64,000 nt of DNA from an uncultured Acidobacteriota bacterium (lineage in GTDB: Bacteria; Acidobacteriota; JAQAZP01): assembly GCA_963836075.1 (NCBI GenBank), contig CAWIIB010000001.1:1504001-1568000 (forward strand). Reading direction: 5' to 3'. Positions 19,963 through 29,606 of this stretch are shown one piece after another. How positions within the stretch are numbered: the stretch's first letter is position 1; each line of letters begins with the position of its first letter. The position numbers were made by a program, and so were the translations under genes. The notes below the pieces were generated by a model. That model was not told the DNA's origin, did not search any database, and saw nothing but the letters and a program-made list of their open reading frames with translations.

Positions 19963-22641
19963 ATGAGACGGCACCGTTCCATCCTGACAAGTCTGATCGT
20001 TCTGCTTGCTCTGGTCATTGCGGCCCAGGGCCTGTGGGCCGCGGCTCCGGCCCAACCCGGTGCCGAATTCTTCACCAACGTCACCGACGATGTGGGCCTC
20101 ACCGGCATCATCGGCTACCGCCTCAACATCGCCGATCTCAACGGTGACGGCTACCCCGATATTTTCGCCCACCTGCCGCTGACCCATGCCACGGGGGACG
20201 TCCTGAACAAGGAGTTCATCTATCTCAACATGCCGGGCAGCGAGCCGGGCAGCCGGGAGTTCGTCGACTTCACCGAGGAGTCGGGAATCAGGGCCAACCG
20301 CCAGGGAACCACCGACGGGCGGCACACCGACTCGGGCATCTTCGCCGACGTGGACAACGACGGAGACGTGGATATCTTCACCCTGGTCTATCTCCATGAC
20401 AACTACACCCTGAACGAGGGCACCAACGAGCTGATGCTCAACGACGGCGACGCCCACTTCACCCTGGCGCCCAACTCGCCCTTCCACACCGAGCAGATCT
20501 GGAATACCGCCGGCGCGGTCTTTCTCGACTACAACAACGACTCCAACATCGACCTGTTCATCGGCAACTGGTACTATGTCAACAACCTGTCCAAGGACCA
20601 CCTCTACATGGGTCACGGGGACGGCAGTTTCACCAGGGTCTCGGTGGAAGCGGGCTTCGACGAAACATTCACCGCCATTTACGGCGTGGCCGCCTGCGAC
20701 TGGAACAACGACGGCTATACCGACATCTTCGCCCCGAGCTACAGCCACACCAGGCCCGCGGCACGGTCCCGCCACTGGCGCAACAACGGTGACGGCACCT
20801 TCACCGAGGTGCAGGAAGAGACTAACTACACCGAGTACACGGGGTACCAGTCGACCCGGGCCTCCTTCGGCTGCATGCCCGCCGACTTCGACAACGACGG
20901 CGATATCGACCTCTTCGAGATCCTGACCCACGGGCGGGGCGACGGCACCAGCGGCGTGCACTCCACGGTGCTGGTCAACGAGGACGATGTGTTCACCTGG
21001 GATTTCGCCGCGGTGGACGGCCGGAGCGACGAGGACCCGCTGATCACCCACCACGGTGATCACTACGCCAGCTGGTTCGACATCGAAAATGACGGCCTCT
21101 ATGACTTCGTCCTCACCGAATCGGCCTACGACAACAACCGCATCTATATCTTCAAGCAGGCGCCGGACCACACCTTCTCGCCGGTGACGGTGCAATCAGG
21201 GATCAACCAGATCAACCTCGACGACCTGCCGGTGCACAACGCCATGGGCTTCGACTACGACCGCGACGGCGACGAGGACCTGCTGGTGGGTATCGGCAAC
21301 GCCACCGACTCCATGCAGCTCTTCAGAAACGACGTGGGTCTCCAGAACAACTGGCTCAACATCACCCTGGAGGGCAAGGGCGAACCGGGGTTCAGCAACC
21401 GCAGCGCCATCGGCGCCCGGGTCAGCGTCACCGCCGGCGGCACCACCTGGACCCGCGAAGTCTATGCCGGCAACGGCCACCACGGGCCCCAGGTGCCTTT
21501 CTGCCTCTCCTTCGGGCTGGGCCAGGCCACCGTGGTGGACCGGGTGGAGATCCGCTGGCCCAACGCCAGCCTCTCCCGGACCCTGCTCACCGCCGTGCCG
21601 GTCAACTCCTTCATCACCGTTGCCGAGTGGGAAGACGAACCGACGATCATCGCCGGCCCCGGTCCGGCACAGGCCAACCCGCCCGAGGTGCGGGTCTTCA
21701 GCACCGGCAACACCGAGTCCCCGTTCTTCACCTTCACCGCCTATGGCGCCAGCCAGTACGGGGTCAATGTCTCCACCGGCCAGCTGGATGGCCAGGGCTA
21801 TCCGGAGATCGTCACCGGCGCCGGTCCCGGAGCCGTGTTCGGGCCCCACGTCCGCGGCTGGTCCATCGCCGGCGTGGCCATCCCGGGGGTGAACTTCCTG
21901 GCCTACGGCACGAACAAGTACGGGGTCAACGTGGCCCTGGGCGACCTGGACAACGACGGGTTCGACGAGATCATCACCGGCGCCGGGCCCGGAGCCGTGT
22001 TCGGACCCCACGTGCGCGGCTGGAACCACGACGGCACACCGGGGGTGGAACCCATTCCCGGGATCAGCTACTTCGCCTACGGCACACCCAAGTGGGGGGT
22101 CAACGTCACCTCCGGCGATATCGACGGCGACGGGTTCGACGAGATCGTCACCGGCGCCGGGCCCGGAGCGGTCTACGGCCCGCACGTCCGCGGCTGGAAC
22201 GTTGACGGCGGTGCGGCAGCGGCCATACCGGCGGTGAGCTTCTTCGCCTACGGTACGCTGAAGTTCGGGGTCAATGTCAGCTGCGGCGACGTGGACGGCG
22301 ACGGCATGGACGAGATCATCACCGGCGCCGGGCCGGGCGCGGTCTTCGGGCCCCACGTGCGGGGCTGGAACTATGACGGCGCCGCTCTGACCACCCTGCC
22401 CGGCTTCAGCTTCTTTGCCTGGGAGCCGTCCGAGGCCCGCTTCGGGGCCAATGTCGCCGCCGGGGCCGACCTGGACGAGGACGGCCGCAACGAGCTGGTG
22501 GTGGGCGCCGGCCCGGATCCCGACTTCGGCGCCATGATCAAGGTCTACACCTACAACGGGTCGGCGGTATCCCAGTGGCTCACGCTGGACGCCTTCCCCG
22601 GCCTGACCCACGGGGCCACGGTGGCGGCGGGGAGCATGTAA
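19963..22641 (+). CDS. Secreted CRTAC1/ASPIC-UnbV FG-GAP protein with additional C-terminal CTD-B module
   Basis: AGGAG RBS and ATG 19963; DxDNDGDxD repeats; ASPIC/UnbV motifs SNRSAIGARV and FGLG...IRWP; GAGPGAVFGPHVRG module from ~21645. Confidence 0.85.
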   Translation: MRRHRSILTSLIVLLALVIAAQGLWAAAPAQPGAEFFTNVTDDVGLTGIIGYRLNIADLNGDGYPDIFAHLPLTHATGDVLNKEFIYLNMPGSEPGSREFVDFTEESGIRANRQGTTDGRHTDSGIFADVDNDGDVDIFTLVYLHDNYTLNEGTNELMLNDGDAHFTLAPNSPFHTEQIWNTAGAVFLDYNNDSNIDLFIGNWYYVNNLSKDHLYMGHGDGSFTRVSVEAGFDETFTAIYGVAACDWNNDGYTDIFAPSYSHTRPAARSRHWRNNGDGTFTEVQEETNYTEYTGYQSTRASFGCMPADFDNDGDIDLFEILTHGRGDGTSGVHSTVLVNEDDVFTWDFAAVDGRSDEDPLITHHGDHYASWFDIENDGLYDFVLTESAYDNNRIYIFKQAPDHTFSPVTVQSGINQINLDDLPVHNAMGFDYDRDGDEDLLVGIGNATDSMQLFRNDVGLQNNWLNITLEGKGEPGFSNRSAIGARVSVTAGGTTWTREVYAGNGHHGPQVPFCLSFGLGQATVVDRVEIRWPNASLSRTLLTAVPVNSFITVAEWEDEPTIIAGPGPAQANPPEVRVFSTGNTESPFFTFTAYGASQYGVNVSTGQLDGQGYPEIVTGAGPGAVFGPHVRGWSIAGVAIPGVNFLAYGTNKYGVNVALGDLDNDGFDEIITGAGPGAVFGPHVRGWNHDGTPGVEPIPGISYFAYGTPKWGVNVTSGDIDGDGFDEIVTGAGPGAVYGPHVRGWNVDGGAAAAIPAVSFFAYGTLKFGVNVSCGDVDGDGMDEIITGAGPGAVFGPHVRGWNYDGAALTTLPGFSFFAWEPSEARFGANVAAGADLDEDGRNELVVGAGPDPDFGAMIKVYTYNGSAVSQWLTLDAFPGLTHGATVAAGSM

Positions 22642-22813
22642 AGCCCTGTATGTGAATTGCTGAAAACTATCGACAGAACAGGATTTGCGATATACTCGTT
22701 GCATTGCAAAACTCTTCAGAGGAATACGCTATGTACGGCTGGTCGGCGCTCCGCGGACTTGAACGTACGTCATTCGATCACCGGGTCGGAGGGATGACAA
22801 CAAGGAGAAAATA

Positions 22814-23662
22814 ATGGTGAAGCCGACGAACCGTCGCTGGTTGATCACGATTGCCGCGCTGGCCATAGGACCGCTGGCCGCCGGTACCGACAGTCAGGCC
22901 ACAATGGCCGATGGGGAGAACCCGCTGGTGGAGCGCTGGGAATTCGACCTCGGCGGTTTCTTTCTCGGAGCCAACACCGATGTAACTCTCTACTCGAACG
23001 TTCTTGATCAGGGCACGCAGGTCAATCTGGAGGACGACCTGGGCTTCGACAGTTCAGGGACGAGCTTCCACATCAACGCTGCGGTCCGTCTGGGCCGCCG
23101 GCACCAGTTCTCGCTGGGCTATTTCCAGATGCCGCGGGATACGTTGGAGCAGATCAGCTTCGATCTGGAGTGGGGCGATGAAACGTTCCCGGTGAATGCC
23201 ACTGTCACAGGCTTTTTTGATCTGACCTTTCTGGAGTTCGGCTATGACTACTGGATTGTGACCAAGGACCGGACCGCCCTCTCCATCGGACTCAGTCTGT
23301 CCTGGGTCACTTTGAAAACCGGTCTGGGCGTTGAGGGTGTGGAGATCGGTGGCGTCGGCGCCGACATCAGCACCGATGTCCCGGTCCCCACGCTGGCCCT
23401 GGAGTTACGGCAGCACCTGGTTCAACGGTTGATCCTCGATGCCGGCCTGGGCTACATGACCCTCAGCCCCATACCGGATTACAAGGGCAATGTCTGGCGG
23501 AGCTTCATCGCCCTCGAGCACCACACCTGGGATCACATCGGGTTTGGCCTGAAATACAACTACGAGACGTACGACATCACCAAGGATGAGGGGACCCGCC
23601 TCGACTGGGACCTCGGTTTCGACCTCTCGGGGTTCGAAGCCTATCTTCACTTCATGTTCTGA
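22814..23662 (+). CDS. Outer-membrane beta-barrel protein
   Basis: Signal peptide, NLEDDLG motif, alternating amphipathic strands, C-terminal YLHFMF. Confidence 0.7.
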   Translation: MVKPTNRRWLITIAALAIGPLAAGTDSQATMADGENPLVERWEFDLGGFFLGANTDVTLYSNVLDQGTQVNLEDDLGFDSSGTSFHINAAVRLGRRHQFSLGYFQMPRDTLEQISFDLEWGDETFPVNATVTGFFDLTFLEFGYDYWIVTKDRTALSIGLSLSWVTLKTGLGVEGVEIGGVGADISTDVPVPTLALELRQHLVQRLILDAGLGYMTLSPIPDYKGNVWRSFIALEHHTWDHIGFGLKYNYETYDITKDEGTRLDWDLGFDLSGFEAYLHFMF

Positions 23663-23833
23663 TCTACTGCCACGGATCGTGCCGGCCTCACCAGGCCGGC
23701 GCGGTACGAGTGAAGCCCACCTGCCGTCCCGAAGGTGAATCCGAGGACGAGGGATTCATCGTCATCGCCAGGCGTCCCACGATTCCGGCCAGTCAGGGCG
23801 ACACCGCCGAACAGTGAATACGTCGAAAGAACT

Positions 23834-23875
23834 CGGCCCGCCCCGGGCCGTCTCTCGACGGCCCGGGGCGGGCCG
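23834..23875 (-). terminator. Terminator hairpin (19-bp perfect stem)
   Basis: CGGCCCGCCCCGGGCCGTC-tctc-GACGGCCCGGGGCGGGCCG, 20 bp after the stop at 23896 and followed by AGTTCTTT on the minus strand. Confidence 0.65.
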
Positions 23876-23895
23876 GATAGTGCGGAGCAGCAACT

Positions 23896-26800
23896 TCAGG
23901 GGGCGATCCCGATCACCGTACACTGGTCGAAGTTGGTGCTGCCCGAAGGGGCGTGCGGCGGCTGGTTGTACGGCGCCGGGGTCACATCCCGGGACATGAA
24001 GCTGAACAGGTTGTTGCCGATGACGTAGCCCAGGGCCGGGATGGTCTGGTTCCACTGGGTGACGGCGCTCTCCAGCGGCTGGATGGTCTGGTAGCCGCGC
24101 CGCCAGTTGGCGATGTGCTTGCCGCTGGCCAGGTCCACGTCCACCTGGGTGGCCACCCGCCGGAGACTGCTGCAGGTGTTGCTGACGGTGTATTTCATGT
24201 GCGAGGCAAAGGGAACCGTGCCCGCCGAAGGAATACAGCTCAGGTCATCCACGATGGTGGGGACAATCGACTTCTTGCCCCAGATCTCAATGTCGTCGAT
24301 GTTCCAACCACAGTATGTATTGGCACTGTCGGTGGGGCCCATGGTCCAGCGGACAGCCACGTCAGAGCGGCCGTCGGCCACCGCCGAGATGTCGATGTCC
24401 ATCGATACCCAGCTGCTGTCAACGATTTCAGTCTGGTTCTCCCACACCACTACCCAGGGGCCGCCTTCAGCGCTGACCCGGATGCAGGCATGGTCGTGGC
24501 CCGGGTCCTCCACCCCCAGCCAGCGCCGGAATTTCAGCCGGGTGTCGGTGCTGTCCGAACAGTCGAAGAGAGTGGTGGTCAGATGCTCCGCCAGCAGGTC
24601 GTTGGGATAGTCGCCGGCGAGGTTGTAGCCGTAAGCGTTGGTTCCCGTCCAGCCACTGACCGGGTCGGGTCCCCCGTTCTCGCCCCCGGCGCCCAGCGGC
24701 TGGCCCAGAGACCAGCCGCCCTCGGTGGTCCAGCCCGGGTTCCAGCCCAGCAGCCACTGCTGCTGCCGCACCGGATCACTGATCGGCGCCGCGATGTTGA
24801 CAATGCCCTTGGTGCTGTTGCTCAGCCCCGAGGGCGGGAAGGGCGGCTGGTTGAACGGTGCTGGAGTAACGTCGGTGACGATTACGTCGTAGGTGTTGAC
24901 TCCGATGCCGCTCCCGTCGGAATAGTCGTAGAGCTGGGTGTGGGTCTCCTTCTGGTCCGCACCGAGCACCATCGTCCCCTGCCAGTGTCCGGGCAGTTCG
25001 GTACCGTCGGCCAGGGTGACATCAACGTTGTAGGCCAGTGTCCGTTCCACCGGTGCGTAGCAGCCCGCGGTGAGCGAGCAGACGATTTCCACCGGCGCGG
25101 TGCCCGAGGCGGGAGTGCAGGTGAGGTCCACCCAGGGCAGCGCCGGGATGGAATCCACACCGAACCCGGTGAACGAATCACCCTCGCCGCTGAGGAAGTT
25201 GGCATACAACTGGTCGGTCCAGCTCTGGGTGGCCGTGATCTCGGTCTCCATGGCAATCCGCTCACCGCCGAGCTTCCAGTTGGTGAAACTGGAGTAGTCG
25301 ATGCCGTCATAGGTGACGGTCCATTCCAGGTGGTCATTAGACGAGTGAGTCACCCCGCCGCCGCCGGTGGCGTACACCGGGAAATCATCCCACCCGGTTC
25401 TGCCAGGCCACCACTTGATGATGGCGCCTTCGGTCTGGTCGAAGGTGCCGCTCCAGGTCTGTGGTTCACCGTAGTTTCCGGCCGGATCTCTCCGCCGGAC
25501 CGAGATCTCCCAGCTCTTGCCGGCCGCACCGGTGAGGAAGAGGATTCCCGGTTCGTTGGCCAGGCCCAGGGGCCCGTCACCGAACACGTTTCCACCCAGG
25601 CGGCAGGGCACGGTGAGGCTGAACGGCAGCTCAGCCAGGTTGAGCGAAACAGGATCCTGGCCATGGTAGGTGATGTCAGCATCGAGGAAGTAGTTTCTCC
25701 CGTCTTCGTACAGCCCGTGCTTCCAGTTCGGTGGGCTGTAATCGCCGGGTACGAAATTGTCGTCGTTCAGCACGTAGTCGACAAAATCCTTGAATATCGT
25801 ATTGGCCACCGACCGCGCTTCCGACGTGTGCCCGCCCTGCAGGGTGATGCATGAGGTGTGTTCGAGGCCGTTGTCGCTGAGCCAGTTGTCCATGTCGATG
25901 AAGTGGTTCAGCGGGAAGAAGCAGTCGTGTGAGCTGTAGGAGAGGAAGAGGTATTTCCCCTGCAGGGTTTGAAGGTTGTCCGAATGGTCCGGGCTCAACT
26001 GGTTGGCCTTCTGGACCATCGGCAGGTCTTCGGTTGCCGGGCCAAAGGCCGGGACCAGCAGGTCGGGGTTCATGCCGGCCGGCGGGTCGTAATCGTAGCG
26101 GAAGGCGCCGGGGCCCACATTGACGTTGTAGGTGCTGGCAAAGGCCGGATAGGTGGCCACCGGTATCTCACTCAACTTGCCCAGCGCCAGGGGGGAGATC
26201 ATGGCGAACACGCCGATGACCGAGTAGTCATACGTCTGACAGGCGGTGTTCTGAGCCAGGGTCAACGCGCTGAAACCGGCACGGGACCCGCCAAAGGCGA
26301 TGATCCGGTCCTTGTCGCACCCGTAGGTGTTGTGCAGCATCTGGATCAGCAGGTCCATCGCCTTCCGGGCCTGGTCGTTCACCCCCATGCAGTGGTATCC
26401 GCCGTTGTTCCAGCGAACATACACGACACCGCGGTTGTCCTCGTCAAAGAGGTAGGCATCCTTGACCCTGGTCAGGTTGTAGGGCAGTTCGTTGAACACC
26501 CCGCCATTGAGCCCCTTGCTGCCGTAGCCGGCCCCGCTGATCACCACCGGGTAGCGGTTTGCCGCATCGATGGAGAAGTGGGGCGGGAAGGTGATGGTGA
26601 ACATCGACTGTGTCGGGGTCTGCTCCACACCCTCGAGCATCACGTGGTTGACCACGATCTGGATCCGGTTGATGCCCGTCTGCAGATCCTCGATCCGGTT
26701 GAGGACATTCACCCCGTCGATCTCCGGCATGCAGTAGTCCTCCCAGGAGCGGAGCATCTCCTCCAGGGTACTGCTCCGCACGCCCAGGTCATCGGTGTAC

Positions 26801-27024
26801 ATCCAGTCGTAGTCGTTGTAGGCCGGGATGTAGTCCACCCGGCCCGGGTCGGGATCCAACCCGTATCCGGGATTGAAATACCCTTCCCCGGTCTCGGGAT
26901 TGGAGATGGTCCAGTTCGTGTTGATCACGAATGGATCGTCAGGGTCGTCGGCACTGGCGGTGAACGTGCATACCGCAAGGGCAAGCAGAATGAAACCGGC
27001 CACGGCCAAACTTCTCATCGTCAT
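23896..27024 (-). CDS. Secreted alpha/beta-hydrolase-like protein with architecture hydrolase + CTD-A + MAM-like domain + CTD-A
   Basis: Signal peptide; YPVVISGAG, FGGSRAG, HD and GGH motifs; two DVTPAP(F/Y)NQPP domains flanking a GWTTEGGWSLGQP...GWNIDDIEI domain. Start is 27024 or 27018. Confidence 0.8.
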   Translation of the reverse strand: MTMRSLAVAGFILLALAVCTFTASADDPDDPFVINTNWTISNPETGEGYFNPGYGLDPDPGRVDYIPAYNDYDWMYTDDLGVRSSTLEEMLRSWEDYCMPEIDGVNVLNRIEDLQTGINRIQIVVNHVMLEGVEQTPTQSMFTITFPPHFSIDAANRYPVVISGAGYGSKGLNGGVFNELPYNLTRVKDAYLFDEDNRGVVYVRWNNGGYHCMGVNDQARKAMDLLIQMLHNTYGCDKDRIIAFGGSRAGFSALTLAQNTACQTYDYSVIGVFAMISPLALGKLSEIPVATYPAFASTYNVNVGPGAFRYDYDPPAGMNPDLLVPAFGPATEDLPMVQKANQLSPDHSDNLQTLQGKYLFLSYSSHDCFFPLNHFIDMDNWLSDNGLEHTSCITLQGGHTSEARSVANTIFKDFVDYVLNDDNFVPGDYSPPNWKHGLYEDGRNYFLDADITYHGQDPVSLNLAELPFSLTVPCRLGGNVFGDGPLGLANEPGILFLTGAAGKSWEISVRRRDPAGNYGEPQTWSGTFDQTEGAIIKWWPGRTGWDDFPVYATGGGGVTHSSNDHLEWTVTYDGIDYSSFTNWKLGGERIAMETEITATQSWTDQLYANFLSGEGDSFTGFGVDSIPALPWVDLTCTPASGTAPVEIVCSLTAGCYAPVERTLAYNVDVTLADGTELPGHWQGTMVLGADQKETHTQLYDYSDGSGIGVNTYDVIVTDVTPAPFNQPPFPPSGLSNSTKGIVNIAAPISDPVRQQQWLLGWNPGWTTEGGWSLGQPLGAGGENGGPDPVSGWTGTNAYGYNLAGDYPNDLLAEHLTTTLFDCSDSTDTRLKFRRWLGVEDPGHDHACIRVSAEGGPWVVVWENQTEIVDSSWVSMDIDISAVADGRSDVAVRWTMGPTDSANTYCGWNIDDIEIWGKKSIVPTIVDDLSCIPSAGTVPFASHMKYTVSNTCSSLRRVATQVDVDLASGKHIANWRRGYQTIQPLESAVTQWNQTIPALGYVIGNNLFSFMSRDVTPAPYNQPPHAPSGSTNFDQCTVIGIAP

Positions 27025-28162
27025 CCCCCTTTGTTCTTTGTCCCCCTGAAACCGCACAGACACCCCGGCGGTTCACGGGACCTGCCTGAAAAATGTGGTC
27101 CACCGCTCGTCAGGAATAGATTCCTTTTTCCAGGAAAAAGGAATCAGGGCAGCCGTACACGGGCGGGAGCCCTGCCCGGCCTGAAGGCCACCCTCTACTG
27201 CTGGTAAAGCTGGAACAAATCCGGAGAAACAGATCTATGGAGAAAAGATAAGCGCTGGGAATCAAAAAGTCAAACCGGGTGAAGCACTGCTAAAAGCTGT
27301 AGAATAAAGCCGTTCCAACAAAAAACAGACAAACGAATCATCGGTACATACCATTTTCACCAAATAAAAATAGTTGTTGCGCCTCGTCCTCGATTTACCT
27401 ATACATCTTCAGTGGCGTGACCACGCCCCACGTTTCATTCAACAAAATATGTGATCGACGGTATTGAGGATATCGGTGCACCCGATTTGACGGCAGCCGC
27501 AGACATCCTCAAATGGACGGACAAAGTATCTTCTTGCAATTGCTTATGGAGGTGACCATGGAACCCTAAAACCTGTCCCGAACACTGCGCCCTGGACCCG
27601 ATCCATTCAGCCGATGAGGCGGACTGACCGGTGCCCCCTTTCCCTTCAGCCTGACCTGCCTCCGCCGCACGGGACACACACAACCGAACCCCATTCGTCC
27701 CGGTTCATCTCATTCCGTAAGCGTGCCCATAACTGTCATTCTTGTCTTTTTTTCTGTGGAAGCCCGCCCCGCAGGAAAAAGATAAATGAACCCGGTGCGA
27801 GCTGTTTTGTTCCGTTCACATTTTTTTCAGAACTACGGTTAAGAAAAGTATCTCCCGGAGAACAGTATATTTTGAGAGCAGGAACGTCCCGAGTTTTCAT
27901 GTTGGGAGGCCATTGAAAAATTTCCGCATAGATTTCACAACCATTGAAAACGGATCGTTATGCCAGGTGCAGGCAACTGAATTTCCCTGCAGGTTTTCCT
28001 CAGAGATTTCGCAGTACGAATTGAAGAGCGGCGAAGCATTCCAGTCAGGTCCTCCGACGACCAGAATTTCAAACCAAATAACGTAGGTCCAGGCAATGGG
28101 TATTGCCGGTGTGGGGGGAAAGGAACCGTTTCTCTCGACATCCTGACCAGGGGAGGTAGGCC

Positions 28163-29413
28163 ATGAAATACGTACTTGTCGTTCTGGCGATCATGACATT
28201 CACGGTTTCCGGATTGATTGATCACTCACAACTTTCCGCAAACGGCGCTACGAGCGAACAGACCGGCCAGATGGTAGTGAGCGGCAGTGCTCCCCAGGCC
28301 TCACCCGGCTACAGGGCCATCCGGCTCCAGTGCATCGATCCGAAAGCAAACGCGCAGTTCGGACATGCCGTCGACATGGACGGCAACTATCTCGTCGTGG
28401 GCACCTGCTACGACGACCAGGCAGCCGGAAAAATCGGTCAGGTCTACGTTTTCCAGTTGGAGCAGGGCGAGTGGACTCCCTGTGCGAAGCTGCGCCCGGA
28501 AACTGCGCTGCCGGGCCCCTGGTTCGGCTGGTCGGTCTCCATATCCGGATCACGAATCCTGGTGGGAACCAGGGGTGGTCCGGCACATCTCTTCACCAGA
28601 ACGGGCGACCAGTGGGTCGAGGAGTGTCAGTTGGCGGAGACAAACCTTGATCCTGAAGACCAGTTCGGATGGTCGGTGAGTCTGTCCGGTACCCGTGCCG
28701 TGGTGGGGTGCTGGGCCGAGGCCGTATTTGTCTATCACCTGTCGGAGGGATCGTGGGCCAGGGAGGACGTGCTGCGGGTGGTCGGCCCGGATACCGTCAT
28801 CGGTTTTGGCGTCAGTGTCGCGGCGGACCGGGATACCATTCTCGTCGGGGCGCCGATGGATTCCGTCGGAGGCCTGTGGTCCGGGTCCGCGTATGTTTTC
28901 ACCCACGATGGAGAATCGTGGATCGAAGAGGCCCGGTTGACGGCATCGGACAGCGCCGCCGGCCAGGGATTCGGAAAACAGGTCGCCCTGAGCGGAGACC
29001 TGGTGATCGTCAGCGCTCCGGACTCGCAGGACCTCGCGGGCGCGTCCTATATATTCGGCCGCAGCAAGACCGGGTGGACCGAGGAAGCCAGACTCGATAC
29101 CGGCTGCACGAGGCCCTGCGATCTCTTCGGCGGATCGGTGACCATCGACGGCAACCGTGCCGCGGTGGGCGCCTGCGGGGTGAGCGAAGGAGACTGGTGG
29201 GGCGCCGGCGCCGTCTACGTCTTCAGCCGCTCGCTCGACCGGTGGAAACACGTTTCGACCCTCACTCCCCCACAGCGCCAGCAGGAGTGCTTTTTCGGCT
29301 ACACCGTCGCCCTCCAGGGGGGGCGAGTTCTCGTCGGGGCACATTGCCAGGATTGCCCGAAAGCCGGGGAGGACGCGGGAACGGCGTATGTCTTCGACTC
29401 AACAGTGAACTGA
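28163..29413 (+). CDS. Secreted FG-GAP (integrin-alpha-like) beta-propeller protein
   Basis: Seven FGxSVxLxG...VG...GxxYVF repeats; GGAGG RBS. Confidence 0.85.
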   Translation: MKYVLVVLAIMTFTVSGLIDHSQLSANGATSEQTGQMVVSGSAPQASPGYRAIRLQCIDPKANAQFGHAVDMDGNYLVVGTCYDDQAAGKIGQVYVFQLEQGEWTPCAKLRPETALPGPWFGWSVSISGSRILVGTRGGPAHLFTRTGDQWVEECQLAETNLDPEDQFGWSVSLSGTRAVVGCWAEAVFVYHLSEGSWAREDVLRVVGPDTVIGFGVSVAADRDTILVGAPMDSVGGLWSGSAYVFTHDGESWIEEARLTASDSAAGQGFGKQVALSGDLVIVSAPDSQDLAGASYIFGRSKTGWTEEARLDTGCTRPCDLFGGSVTIDGNRAAVGACGVSEGDWWGAGAVYVFSRSLDRWKHVSTLTPPQRQQECFFGYTVALQGGRVLVGAHCQDCPKAGEDAGTAYVFDSTVN

Positions 29414-29606
29414 ATTGACCACGCCGGATACCGCCCGGGGGTGTCCGGAACCATCAACCACTGATCGGTGAAAGGGGGGTGATGCCATGCCCGTTATGCA
29501 ATGGCAGAGGATGAACGGGAAACGATTCAAGTCCGACCTTTCATGCTCAAGAGACCCGCATCCTCACTGAATGTATGTCGTCAGACAACTTCCGGAGGAG
29601 ACCGAG

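Noticed and set aside
22814-23662. Outer-membrane barrel as the translocon or shuttle for CTD proteins
   Set aside because: Adjacency to CTD genes is the only evidence. I recognise no similarity to PorV, SprA or TpsB.
27025-27210. Possible lysine or glycine riboswitch in the leader of the 27024 gene
   Set aside because: Only fragments (GTAGAGG, TTCAGG) match. The core consensus elements could not be found by eye.
28163-29413. FG-GAP protein as a stand-alone CTD-B
   Set aside because: It is a different repeat type (FGxSV...GAVYVF) and lacks the GPGPG/GPHVRG and DxDGDG signatures.
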